From NCBI GenBank assembly GCA_013817555.1, contig JACDCN010000001.1, positions 1 to 38,900 of the forward strand: a stretch of 38,900 bases of DNA. Direction: 5' to 3'. Below are positions 13,915-21,202 of this stretch, in pieces (the first letter of the stretch is position 1; every line of letters starts with the position of its first letter). This DNA comes from Actinomycetota bacterium (GTDB lineage Bacteria > Actinomycetota > Thermoleophilia > Gaiellales > Gaiellaceae). Below the pieces are notes generated by a model. That model made no database searches, was not told where the DNA came from, and saw only the letters and a list, made by a program, of their open reading frames with translations. The position numbers and the translations under genes are program-made.

Positions 13915-15602
13915 GGTGAGTGGCTTCCACGCTGAACAACGTTGAGCGCCTCGACCCCGTAGCAACTCGCACCCTTCGAGAACTTCACGCTCGACGCCCC
14001 GCCGTTCCAGGTATTCGTGCGCTTCGTCGACTGCGAAGACGAGAAGCGGTAGCCGTCAGCACCGGGGACCGGATCCCAGCCGAGAGTGATCGTGGTCGCG
14101 GTCTGCGAGACAATTCGGAGAGCGAGAGCACCGCTCGTTGGACATGCAGGAGCGGGCTCAGTCGTCGTAGGCGGCGGCTCCGTCGTAGTCGGGGGAGGCT
14201 CTGTGGTGGTCGGCGGAGGAGGAGGCGGCGCGGATCCGCTCGGACCGTTCAGGTACTCCTCGATGTTCGTGTAGCCGTCGCCGTCCTTGTCGGCTGCCGA
14301 GTCGTCGGAGTTGCTCGCATCCAAGCCCTGCGTCCGCTCCCATACGTTCGGCATCCCGTCGAGGTCGTCGTCCTCGCAGGGCGTTCCCGCCGCGAGCGCG
14401 GGCCAACCCCCGACGTCGGCGGGCGAGCGGATATAGCCCTGATTGATCGAGGGGTCGAGACTGTGGCCGCGCGTTCCGTCTTTCACGCTCTGGACGATGC
14501 GCGCGTCCACTGTGTCTCGGCGCGAGAACCAGGAGCCGGCGCAATCGAGCCCGCGTGAGTTGCCCGCGTCGTCGAGTACCTTCGCGTAGGCCGCCTGCGC
14601 GCTGTCCGTCGTCACCTGCGGAGCGTCGTAACGCGAGCCGACACCAGGGCCAGGTGCAAAGGTGGCACCTACATCGGCGTAGTTACCGGATAGGAAGTAG
14701 CCGCCGTTGAAGGTCGTGAGCTTGACGTAAGTCTTGCTCTGCTTCGTGTTCGGGCCGGGCTTCACGTAGTTACCGACGAAGTTGACCTTCGGCGAGAGCT
14801 TCAGGTTCGCGCCCGAGAAGTTCCAGTTGTAGACGACGTTGTTGACCCAGTCGAGCGTCCCCGCGATGTCCACGTTGGGGTTTCGCTGGTTGTTGTGCGC
14901 GACGAGGTTGTGGTGGAGCGTGTAGGAGCCAGGGTTGTTGTCGGACCCGAGCACAAAGCCCTTCATCGCGGTCGCGAGGTTCTCGGCCGGGAGGCTCTCG
15001 GCGACGAGGCTGTGCTGCATCGTGACGTCGTGCGTCAGCGCGTAGAAGATCACCATCTCGTCGCCCGACCAGGAGACGGAGACGTGATCGAAGACGACAT
15101 TGTGAGCTGCGTTGGTGCCGCTCGCCGTCCCACCTGCGTTGACGCCGATGTTGTGGACGTCCTGGATCGCCGTGCCGGGGCGGTGGCGCATGTAGCGGTA
15201 GACGACGTCGTGCGTTTTGATCCTGACCGCAGCTTCGTTCGTTCCTGCAGAGCGGATCGTGATGCCACCGCCAGGAGCAGTCTGACCGGCGACGGTGAGG
15301 AAAGGGTTGCTCACCTCGATGCTGCTCTGTAGCGCAATCGTGCCCGCCACCGAGAAGACGCAGATACGCGGCCCGCTCGCGATCATGCACGCTCGGAGAG
15401 TTCCCGGCCCGGAGTCGCTGAGACTCGTGACCCTGATGACCTTGCCGCCGCGACCGCCCGCGGTATCCACTCCAAAGCCCTCGGCCTCCGGGAATGCCTT
15501 GACGCTCGCAGCCGATCCCGTCAGCAAGACGACGCTGCCAGTGGCGACCGTGACCGCAGCCATTACGCCCAGCGCAGCGACAGTTCGTTTGCTCGCAGTC
15601 AT
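13911..15602 (-). CDS. Secreted pectate-lyase-like (PL1-type) enzyme with a Ca-binding TSP3-like repeat, PT linker and FN3 domain
   Basis: The signal-peptide-like N-terminus is MTASKRTVAALGVMAAVTVATGSVVLLTGSAASVKA. FPEAEGFGVDTAGGRGGKVIRVTSLSDSGPGTLRAC, VVFDHVSVSWSGDE and HNNQRNPNV...WVNNVVYNW are PL1 hallmarks. DDDLDGMPNVWE...DKDGDGYTNIEEYLNG is followed by PPPPPPTTTEPPPTTTEPPPTTTEP and an FN3-like end. Confidence 0.85.
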   Translation of the reverse strand: MTASKRTVAALGVMAAVTVATGSVVLLTGSAASVKAFPEAEGFGVDTAGGRGGKVIRVTSLSDSGPGTLRACMIASGPRICVFSVAGTIALQSSIEVSNPFLTVAGQTAPGGGITIRSAGTNEAAVRIKTHDVVYRYMRHRPGTAIQDVHNIGVNAGGTASGTNAAHNVVFDHVSVSWSGDEMVIFYALTHDVTMQHSLVAESLPAENLATAMKGFVLGSDNNPGSYTLHHNLVAHNNQRNPNVDIAGTLDWVNNVVYNWNFSGANLKLSPKVNFVGNYVKPGPNTKQSKTYVKLTTFNGGYFLSGNYADVGATFAPGPGVGSRYDAPQVTTDSAQAAYAKVLDDAGNSRGLDCAGSWFSRRDTVDARIVQSVKDGTRGHSLDPSINQGYIRSPADVGGWPALAAGTPCEDDDLDGMPNVWERTQGLDASNSDDSAADKDGDGYTNIEEYLNGPSGSAPPPPPPTTTEPPPTTTEPPPTTTEPAPACPTSGALALRIVSQTATTITLGWDPVPGADGYRFSSSQSTKRTNTWNGGASSVKFSKGASCYGVEALNVVQRGSHSP

Positions 15603-15603
15603 C

Positions 15604-15855
15604 CTACGGCTGCGGCGGATCGACGTCGGCCGGCAGAGCGGAAGCCGAGTCGGGAGCTCCGACCTGCTTCGATGCCAGCGACATCAGCACCGAGTAGACG
15701 CCTGCCATCGAAGCGGTTCCGAGCAGGAACTTGAACGAGGGATCAAAGGCGTTCGAGAACTGGTCGAGGGTGACTGCCGCCAGGAAGCCCTGAAGGAAGG
15801 TCTTGCCGAGGCGTTCTGCGGCATCGGCGAGGAAGCGCTTGGTATCTGCGCTCAT
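15604..15855 (-). CDS. Holin-like protein (r1t-holin-like pattern)
   Basis: AAAGGAGA RBS. The RLGKTFLQGFLAAV... pattern is followed by the hydrophobic segment LLGTASMAGVYSVLMSLA. Its stop lies 1 nt before the pectate lyase ATG. Confidence 0.5.
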   Translation of the reverse strand: MSADTKRFLADAAERLGKTFLQGFLAAVTLDQFSNAFDPSFKFLLGTASMAGVYSVLMSLASKQVGAPDSASALPADVDPPQP

Positions 15856-15878
15856 GAGGTGTTCTCCTTTCGGGAGGG

Positions 15879-16091
15879 TTAGAACAGGATCCGAAGAGCC
15901 TCTGAAACGCTCGCACCGCGCTTCAAGAGGTCGCAGGCTTGGTGAAGATCGATGTGCGGCTTCTCTGCCAGCCGCATTGCCGTAAGGACGGGGTAGCCGG
16001 CGTCGATGAGCCGATCCATGCGCCAGGCGATGACGCCGAGCGGCTGCATCGTCTCGTCGCCGGTGTCTTGGTCGGTGAGGACGCGTGTCAT
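15879..16091 (-). CDS. Hypothetical protein (70 aa)
   Basis: ATG 16091 forms an ATGA overlap with the upstream stop. Confidence 0.5.
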   Translation of the reverse strand: MTRVLTDQDTGDETMQPLGVIAWRMDRLIDAGYPVLTAMRLAEKPHIDLHQACDLLKRGASVSEALRILF

Positions 16092-16522
16092 GGCTCCAAC
16101 GAGAACAGCAGCCGCTCGGTGCGCGGGCGCTCGGAGATCGTCCGCACGAGGAGAACGCCCCCGACGTTGGAATACAGCCCCGTCCCTCCGACCACAGCCA
16201 TGACGTAGCTAGAACGTGACTTGCGCGTACCGGTCGTTTGGATGCGTCCCTTGGGGAAGTTGTATGTCCCGAAGCAGTACGCGGTTGCTGAACCTAGCGG
16301 CCCACCCGATCCGATGTCTCTACAAAAAACAGCGGCCCACCCGATCCGGTTGCCGTGACGGTCGCGGATCGTCGAGACCTGCACGTCCGGCCCGTCGAGC
16401 CCACGCTCGAAGTCGGTCACGGCGGTGACGCGGATGAGTGCTGGCCCGGTGATCGATTGTGCGCCGCTGGCCCCGACGACGGCGACGATAGCGAGAACGA
16501 AGGCCACGAGGACGAGGCGCAT
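16088..16522 (-). CDS. Secreted protein, dirigent / allene-oxide-cyclase-barrel-like (tentative)
   Basis: The signal peptide is MRLVLVAFVLAIVAVVGASGAQS. AVVGGTGLYSNVGG resembles the GGTG.Y..A.G motif of dirigent-like barrels. Confidence 0.55.
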   Translation of the reverse strand: MRLVLVAFVLAIVAVVGASGAQSITGPALIRVTAVTDFERGLDGPDVQVSTIRDRHGNRIGWAAVFCRDIGSGGPLGSATAYCFGTYNFPKGRIQTTGTRKSRSSYVMAVVGGTGLYSNVGGVLLVRTISERPRTERLLFSLEP

Positions 16523-16981
16523 CTACCTCACCACCTCGCAGGTTTGCGTGGAGGACAACTCGGCATGGGCAATCTCTAGGTTCTCCCGTATCCGAACGAG
16601 TCGAGCCTTAGCTTCCCCGACGGGTGCGGCTTTGATCGCCAGCTTGGTCTCGATCAGGAACGGGACGACGAGCGCAGCGTCGAGCGTCGCCGTCGTGTTG
16701 CAGAGAGCGGCGATGACGCGGCGGTTCTCCCCCGTGAGCTGTCGCGTCTGGCGAGCCTGCCAAGCGACAACGAGGAGAACGAGGAAGGCGATGAGAACGA
16801 CAGCGGCGAAGGAGAGGGTGACGTTCCGAGCGAGCTTCCGACCGCGCGGCCCGCGCTCTCCCGGCGCACCCGGCTCTCCCTGAACGCCCCGGATTCCCTG
16901 CCCTTCGATCCCCTCGATTCCCTGGACGCCCTGGACGCCTTGCGGCCCTCGACTCCGGGGAGTCTCGCTCACGGTCGCCAC
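16523..16981 (-). CDS. Membrane protein with N-terminal collagen-like G-X-Y repeats
   Basis: GPQGVQGVQGIEGIEGQGIRGVQGEPGAPGERGPRG is followed by the TM segment LSFAAVVLIAFLVLLVVAW and an 85-aa C-terminal domain. The start is GTG 16981 or GTG 16972 (a GTGA overlap with the upstream stop). Confidence 0.65.
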   Translation of the reverse strand: MATVSETPRSRGPQGVQGVQGIEGIEGQGIRGVQGEPGAPGERGPRGRKLARNVTLSFAAVVLIAFLVLLVVAWQARQTRQLTGENRRVIAALCNTTATLDAALVVPFLIETKLAIKAAPVGEAKARLVRIRENLEIAHAELSSTQTCEVVR

Positions 16982-17112
16982 CAGACGAGCAGAGTGATGA
17001 TGACGACGAGTCCGACGTAGACCGGGATGAACGCGATCAGGCGGACGATCCCCTGGATGATCCGGTCGAAGACTCCGAGCGGACGGCCGTTCCGAGGAAG
17101 CCAGTTATGCAT
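16969..17112 (-). CDS. Small single-TM protein (47 aa), lysis cassette
   Basis: ORF 16969..17301 trimmed to ATG 17112 (ATGA overlap). Sequence: MHNWLPRNGRPLGVFDRIIQGIVRLIAFIPVYVGLVVIITLLVWWRP. Confidence 0.55.
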   Translation of the reverse strand: MHNWLPRNGRPLGVFDRIIQGIVRLIAFIPVYVGLVVIITLLVWWRP

Positions 17113-17303
17113 CACTCCTCCTCCGGCTCTTTCGCTGCGTCCTTGACCGTCTTGTAGAGCAACAGCCCAGCCGCCGGGACGAACCCCGGAGTCACCTCCG
17201 TATGCCCAAGGACGAGCGCAAACGTCAACACGACCGTGAGCAAAAGCCCGACGTAGCGAACGATCGTCGGTAGCGCATCGTCTAGCTGGCGTCGTGACCA
17301 CAC
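17112..17303 (-). CDS. Holin candidate (63 aa, two TM segments, charged C-terminus)
   Basis: VRYVGLLLTVVLTFALVLG and GFVPAAGLLLY are hydrophobic segments, and the tail is KDAAKEPEEE. It lies downstream of the lysins. Confidence 0.6.
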   Translation of the reverse strand: MWSRRQLDDALPTIVRYVGLLLTVVLTFALVLGHTEVTPGFVPAAGLLLYKTVKDAAKEPEEE

Positions 17304-17334
17304 TACGCCCCCTTCGTCCAGGTTCCTTCGCCGT

Positions 17335-17406
17335 TCACGCGATCAGCACCACGTAAACGAGGATTCCGAGAACTGCACCCAGTACGACCCAGGCCCATAT
17401 AGGCAC
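17335..17406 (-). CDS. Tiny TM peptide (23 aa), below the ORF-track cutoff
   Basis: The AAAGGAG RBS (17418-17412) is followed 5 nt later by GTG 17406. Sequence: VPIWAWVVLGAVLGILVYVVLIA. Confidence 0.4.
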   Translation of the reverse strand: MPIWAWVVLGAVLGILVYVVLIA

Positions 17407-17418
17407 GGTCACTCCTTT

Positions 17419-18027
17419 CTAGGCGAGTAGACGTTTGAGTTGCGCCCCGACGCTCGGAGCACCATGCGAGTAGTTCGTCTTGTGCGCGAGCTGCTTCCCC
17501 CTGCCGAGCAGCCGCTCGACGTTAATGCCGACATGGACGTGCGGACCGCCGCCGATCGAGTGGTTGAGGACGACGCCGATCTTCTCGCCCTTGTCGAACT
17601 TGCGGCCGGTGGCCGGTGCCGAGACGAGATGCCCGAACCAGTAGTCGAGCTTGCTCTTGCCGCTCGCGTAGAAGGCGTCGCCGGGACGGGAGCTCGACTG
17701 CCTCGTCACCGTGAGAGCTTCCGGCGCGATGATCACGCGGCCTGGGACGTAGGCGTCGTCGAAGGCGGGGTAGAGGGAGATGCCCTCGGTCGCGTGCGTC
17801 AGGTCGTGCAGAAGGACGCTCTTGCCGCCTTCCCATACAGGACCGAGAGCGGGCACCTTGTCCGTCGGCTTCGGTGGCTTGGGAGCGGGCTTGAGATCGT
17901 CGTCGAGGGCTTGCAGCGCACCGCACGCACGTCGCCAGTGACCGCCCGTAGGGTCGTAGCCTTCCTTGGTCAGCTTCAGCTCGGAGGTCGCCGCGGCGAG
18001 GAGCTTGCGGCGCTGCGTATCGGTCAA
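17419..18027 (-). CDS. M23/LytM-type peptidase (endolysin component)
   Basis: Contains GDAFYASGKSKLDYWFGHL...GEKIGVV...GGPHVHVG. TTG 18027 forms a TTGA overlap with the lysin stop. Confidence 0.7.
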   Translation of the reverse strand: MTDTQRRKLLAAATSELKLTKEGYDPTGGHWRRACGALQALDDDLKPAPKPPKPTDKVPALGPVWEGGKSVLLHDLTHATEGISLYPAFDDAYVPGRVIIAPEALTVTRQSSSRPGDAFYASGKSKLDYWFGHLVSAPATGRKFDKGEKIGVVLNHSIGGGPHVHVGINVERLLGRGKQLAHKTNYSHGAPSVGAQLKRLLA

Positions 18028-18614
18028 AGTAGGTACTCCGCGAGGTAGATCCCGTACGCCGGGAACCGCGAGACGTACTGCTGGTAGTCAGCGAGCGGCG
18101 CGTTGTAGATCCCGAACACCGGCTGCGAACGCGACCAGCCGAGCTGCTGCGTGGCGCGGAAATTCATGTCGTCCGGGTTCATCCCCGGCGAGTCCCCGAT
18201 GTAGCTCTCGGTCAGGCACTCGTAGCCGAGGTCGATGAGCGGCTTGGCCTTCTCCGGCTGCGGTACACCGTTCCCGTCCGTCATCGGCGTGAAGTTCGTG
18301 ATGATCGCGTGGTGCATCGCAGGACGCGGAGCCGCGAGAATTCCCAGCCGGTCGCCTTCCGACTCACACTCAGCGATCGTGAAGTCCGCGTCAGCCGGCG
18401 TGTTCACGACGTTGCCACCTTCGGTGAACCAGGGACCAGCCTTGAGTCCTGCTGCGTGACAGGCGTGGCGGAACGGTCCCCAGCGGTCAGCGTTTGAGTA
18501 GTCGTCCAGCTCGAGCGCAGCCCAGCGGTAGCCGAGACTCTTCGCCTTCTCCGCGAACTGGACGGGGGAAAGGTCGCCTTCACGGAATCCAAGCTCAAAA
18601 CCCCACGCGATCAG
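18024..18614 (-). CDS. Putative glycoside-hydrolase-like lysin (GH25-like TIM-barrel pattern, tentative); 5' end unresolved
   Basis: The ORF track starts at GTG 18407, but the same frame reads as good protein up to 18614 (LIAWGFELGFREGDLSPVQFAEKAKSLGYRWAALELDDYSNADRWGPFRHACHAAGLKAGPWFTEGGNV...). That stretch contains no ATG, GTG or TTG. See the finding. Confidence 0.5.
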   Translation of the reverse strand: MIAWGFELGFREGDLSPVQFAEKAKSLGYRWAALELDDYSNADRWGPFRHACHAAGLKAGPWFTEGGNVVNTPADADFTIAECESEGDRLGILAAPRPAMHHAIITNFTPMTDGNGVPQPEKAKPLIDLGYECLTESYIGDSPGMNPDDMNFRATQQLGWSRSQPVFGIYNAPLADYQQYVSRFPAYGIYLAEYLL

Positions 18615-18895
18615 GACCCCGGGAAAGGGCTTGTGGAGGGCCGCGCCTCCAAGACGGCCAGGCGGTCGGCTTGCTTGTTCAGGCGCTCCGTGTGCGCGTC
18701 GAGGTCGCCCTTGTGGTCGGCGAGCTGTACGTCGTGACGGGCAACGACGTCGCGCTGTGCTCTGAGTCCCTTGATGAACTCGGGAAGCTGGCTCCAGACA
18801 GTGATCGTGGTTCCGTCTGGGCGCTTGGGAATTGCCTCCTTTAGCCGGGCACTCCAGCCGGCAGCGTCGAAGTCGGGCAGTTTGGGAACAGCCAT
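18611..18895 (-). CDS. Hypothetical coiled-coil protein (94 aa) preceding the lysins
   Basis: GGAGG RBS followed by ATG 18895. It ends ...SPFPGS with CCCGGGG two codons before the stop. Confidence 0.6.
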   Translation of the reverse strand: MAVPKLPDFDAAGWSARLKEAIPKRPDGTTITVWSQLPEFIKGLRAQRDVVARHDVQLADHKGDLDAHTERLNKQADRLAVLEARPSTSPFPGS

Positions 18896-18918
18896 CAGCG
18901 AACCTCCGGGAATGAGAA

Positions 18919-18936
18919 GGGCCGCTTTCGCGGCCC
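18919..18936 (-). terminator. Candidate intrinsic terminator or attenuator hairpin between the tail and lysis genes
   Basis: The minus strand reads GGGCCGC-GAAA-GCGGCCC followed by TTCTCATT. It lies in the 78-nt gap after gene 18974..19615. Confidence 0.4.
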
Positions 18937-18973
18937 GGTGTGGGGAGCTTGCTTTGCGGTCAGCACTTGCAAC

Positions 18974-19615
18974 TCATACGGGTGGGATGGTGAATGGCTG
19001 GAAGAGAATCTCGAGGAACGTGTATTTCAGCTCGTTGTCGGAGATGCCCGTCACGTTCCGCGAGCCGACGGTGACGTAGCCGTTGACGTGTCCGCCTAGT
19101 CCAAAGTTGGGCCAGAAGGTGTTGGGGGGATCTCCGCCGTAGTCCGGCAACGGATAGATGCGTGTGATGGTCGTGACCATGAAACCGGTGGCGTTGTAGC
19201 CTTGAGTTGACCCTCCATATCCGCCGTCGGGATAACCGAAGGGAGCGTCGCTGTCGTTCCACTCCTGCTTGTGGTCGGTCACCAGATCGTTCAGCAGCAT
19301 GCCCATCGTGATCGTGTAGTGGCCTGCTTGTTTCAACCACACTGACCACGCGAGATCGGTGCTCATTACCGGGTCGGGGTTGTCCGATGACTGCCGTGCC
19401 TCAAATACGGTCGAATCACTGGTCTCCCACCAGTCGTACCGGGTCTGTATGTTCGTCGTTCCTACACCGGTGATCTCCGCCGTCAACGGGCTGCCGGTGT
19501 AGCGCATCCAGTAGGCACGGAAATAGGAACCTCCTCCAAAGCACGAAGCCGGAATCGGATCCTCCCCACCAGGACAGTGATCCCGACCGTGCTTGGATGG
19601 CTTGAGATCACCCAT
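18974..19615 (-). CDS. Hypothetical W/Y/G-rich tail-tip protein (213 aa), receptor-binding candidate
   Basis: ORF 18974..19846 trimmed to ATG 19615 (ATGA overlap). It is the last gene of the tail block and has an aromatic-rich, beta-like composition. Confidence 0.55.
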   Translation of the reverse strand: MGDLKPSKHGRDHCPGGEDPIPASCFGGGSYFRAYWMRYTGSPLTAEITGVGTTNIQTRYDWWETSDSTVFEARQSSDNPDPVMSTDLAWSVWLKQAGHYTITMGMLLNDLVTDHKQEWNDSDAPFGYPDGGYGGSTQGYNATGFMVTTITRIYPLPDYGGDPPNTFWPNFGLGGHVNGYVTVGSRNVTGISDNELKYTFLEILFQPFTIPPV

Positions 19616-19968
19616 CAGATCGCGTAGGCCCGAAACTCCCAGGAGCTTGAGTTGATGTCGATCCAGATCCGCAGCGAGTCGCCTGACTGCTGGTAGAAGA
19701 CCCTGACGGCGCTCCCCTTCAGTCTGACGAGCTTTACCGCCCCCGCAGCGACCGTGACTGCGTTGTCGGCCAGCGCGATCCCACCGGCTGTCACGTAGGG
19801 GGTCACGAAGGTAACGTCGAGACTTCCTGCCGAGGTGTTCTTGCACTCGACGATGCAGTCCGTGCCACCATCGAGGTAGTGATCGCTCGTCGCATTCCCC
19901 GCTGTGACTGCTGGCTGCGAAGTTCCAAGTTCGGCGACGGGCTCGATTGGGATATTTACTCGCGGCAT
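19615..19968 (-). CDS. Hypothetical tail-tip protein (117 aa)
   Basis: AAGGAG RBS followed by ATG 19968. It lies between the Dit-like gene and the 213-aa gene. Confidence 0.55.
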   Translation of the reverse strand: MPRVNIPIEPVAELGTSQPAVTAGNATSDHYLDGGTDCIVECKNTSAGSLDVTFVTPYVTAGGIALADNAVTVAAGAVKLVRLKGSAVRVFYQQSGDSLRIWIDINSSSWEFRAYAI

Positions 19969-19978
19969 TCGTTCTCCT

Positions 19979-21202
19979 TTAGAAGCTGAAGTCCCAGTAA
20001 GCCCGTGGCGAGAGGTCGAGGCTCATCTCGACCAAGGCATAACTTCCGTTCAAGGGCCGGATCGAGTAGCGAACGCCCTCGATGAAATACTCGGCGTTGA
20101 CCGCAATGCCCGGGTTCGTCACCTGCAAGGCGATGATGTCCGAGATGTCGGCGTGGCAGAGAACGTCCCACGTCGCTCCTGCGTTCTCGTGCCCTGGTCG
20201 GATCGACTTGAACGTGAGGTCTTCGACCCGGATCTGAGGAGTCGCGTAGTTGTCGACGTAATACTGGGCGAACTGGAGCGTTGCGTCGTTCGCCTCGAGA
20301 TTGTTGAGATCGTCGTAGAAGGTGAGCAGATTCTCGGCAGACCAGGAACGCAGGCCGTAGGTCGAGATCGAGCCAGAGTCGGTGACGATCTGGTTCTCGA
20401 TGTCCGCGTCGAGAATCCCCTCTGGAGTCGCGAGCGCTGCGTTGATGATGTTCTTGCGGGATGAACCCAAGCGAAGCCTGCGGATGTGGGCACGTCCTGA
20501 GTTACCCAGACAGGCCGCTCCGTCGCCGGCGTCGTATGTAGTGATGTGGTACTGAGCGTCCCCCGGATTGAATCTCGCAAGTCTTCCGTGAAACGTGAAC
20601 GTCCCGTCGCGCTGTACGAAGACATTGGCGACTCCGGGAAACTCTGCGTCGGCGGCGTCATGGATTACGGTGAGAAGGTTCGTCCGAGGCGCATAGACGG
20701 TGTCCTTGATCTGAACGTTCCCTGTGAAAATCTCCGTGACTCCCTCGAACCCGGACTCGGCGATGGCCGTGTTGATCCGATCCTGTGGGATCTCCTGCTC
20801 GTAGAAGATGTTGCCGTCGTCCACTGTCGAGGGCAGTGGAAGAATCCCGTTGACACCCGGAGCAATCTCGATCGAGGCGAGGAAGTCGAGAGCATCCACG
20901 AGCACGACGTCGACGCGAGTGACCACCTGGGAGTCGTCGAGGTCATACAGCACCTCGTCGACGATGCCCTCAAAGATGACACCGCTGCTGCCGACCGGAT
21001 TGGCGAGCTCGATCGTTCCATTCGCACCGACGAAATCCGAGATCGAGGAGCCCTCGACGTAGTTGAGGGACACCGTTGCGGTGCCGGTGCCGGTGCGGTC
21101 GAGCTCGTCCTGGCGTCCTCGGGTGATGGAGATTTCTCGAACGCGGCTGTGAACTGCCGAGACGTCCTCGCCCCCGAGAGTGACGGTGACACCGCCAGCC
21201 AT
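19979..21202 (-). CDS. Distal tail protein-like (siphovirus tail family) protein
   Basis: It lies immediately downstream of the tape measure. The N-terminus MAGGVTVTLGGEDVS...ISITRGRQDELDRTGTGTATVSL is typical of Dit-type proteins. Confidence 0.65.
   Translation of the reverse strand: MAGGVTVTLGGEDVSAVHSRVREISITRGRQDELDRTGTGTATVSLNYVEGSSISDFVGANGTIELANPVGSSGVIFEGIVDEVLYDLDDSQVVTRVDVVLVDALDFLASIEIAPGVNGILPLPSTVDDGNIFYEQEIPQDRINTAIAESGFEGVTEIFTGNVQIKDTVYAPRTNLLTVIHDAADAEFPGVANVFVQRDGTFTFHGRLARFNPGDAQYHITTYDAGDGAACLGNSGRAHIRRLRLGSSRKNIINAALATPEGILDADIENQIVTDSGSISTYGLRSWSAENLLTFYDDLNNLEANDATLQFAQYYVDNYATPQIRVEDLTFKSIRPGHENAGATWDVLCHADISDIIALQVTNPGIAVNAEYFIEGVRYSIRPLNGSYALVEMSLDLSPRAYWDFSF

Noticed and set aside
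13083-15390. Alternate-frame ORFs inside the pectate lyase and beta-helix genes (13083..13841, 13610..13972, 13920..14558, 14158..14544, 14770..15390, 14895..15332)
   Set aside because: These are GC-driven shadow ORFs with Arg/Pro/Ser-rich translations. The primary frames carry recognisable enzyme motifs.
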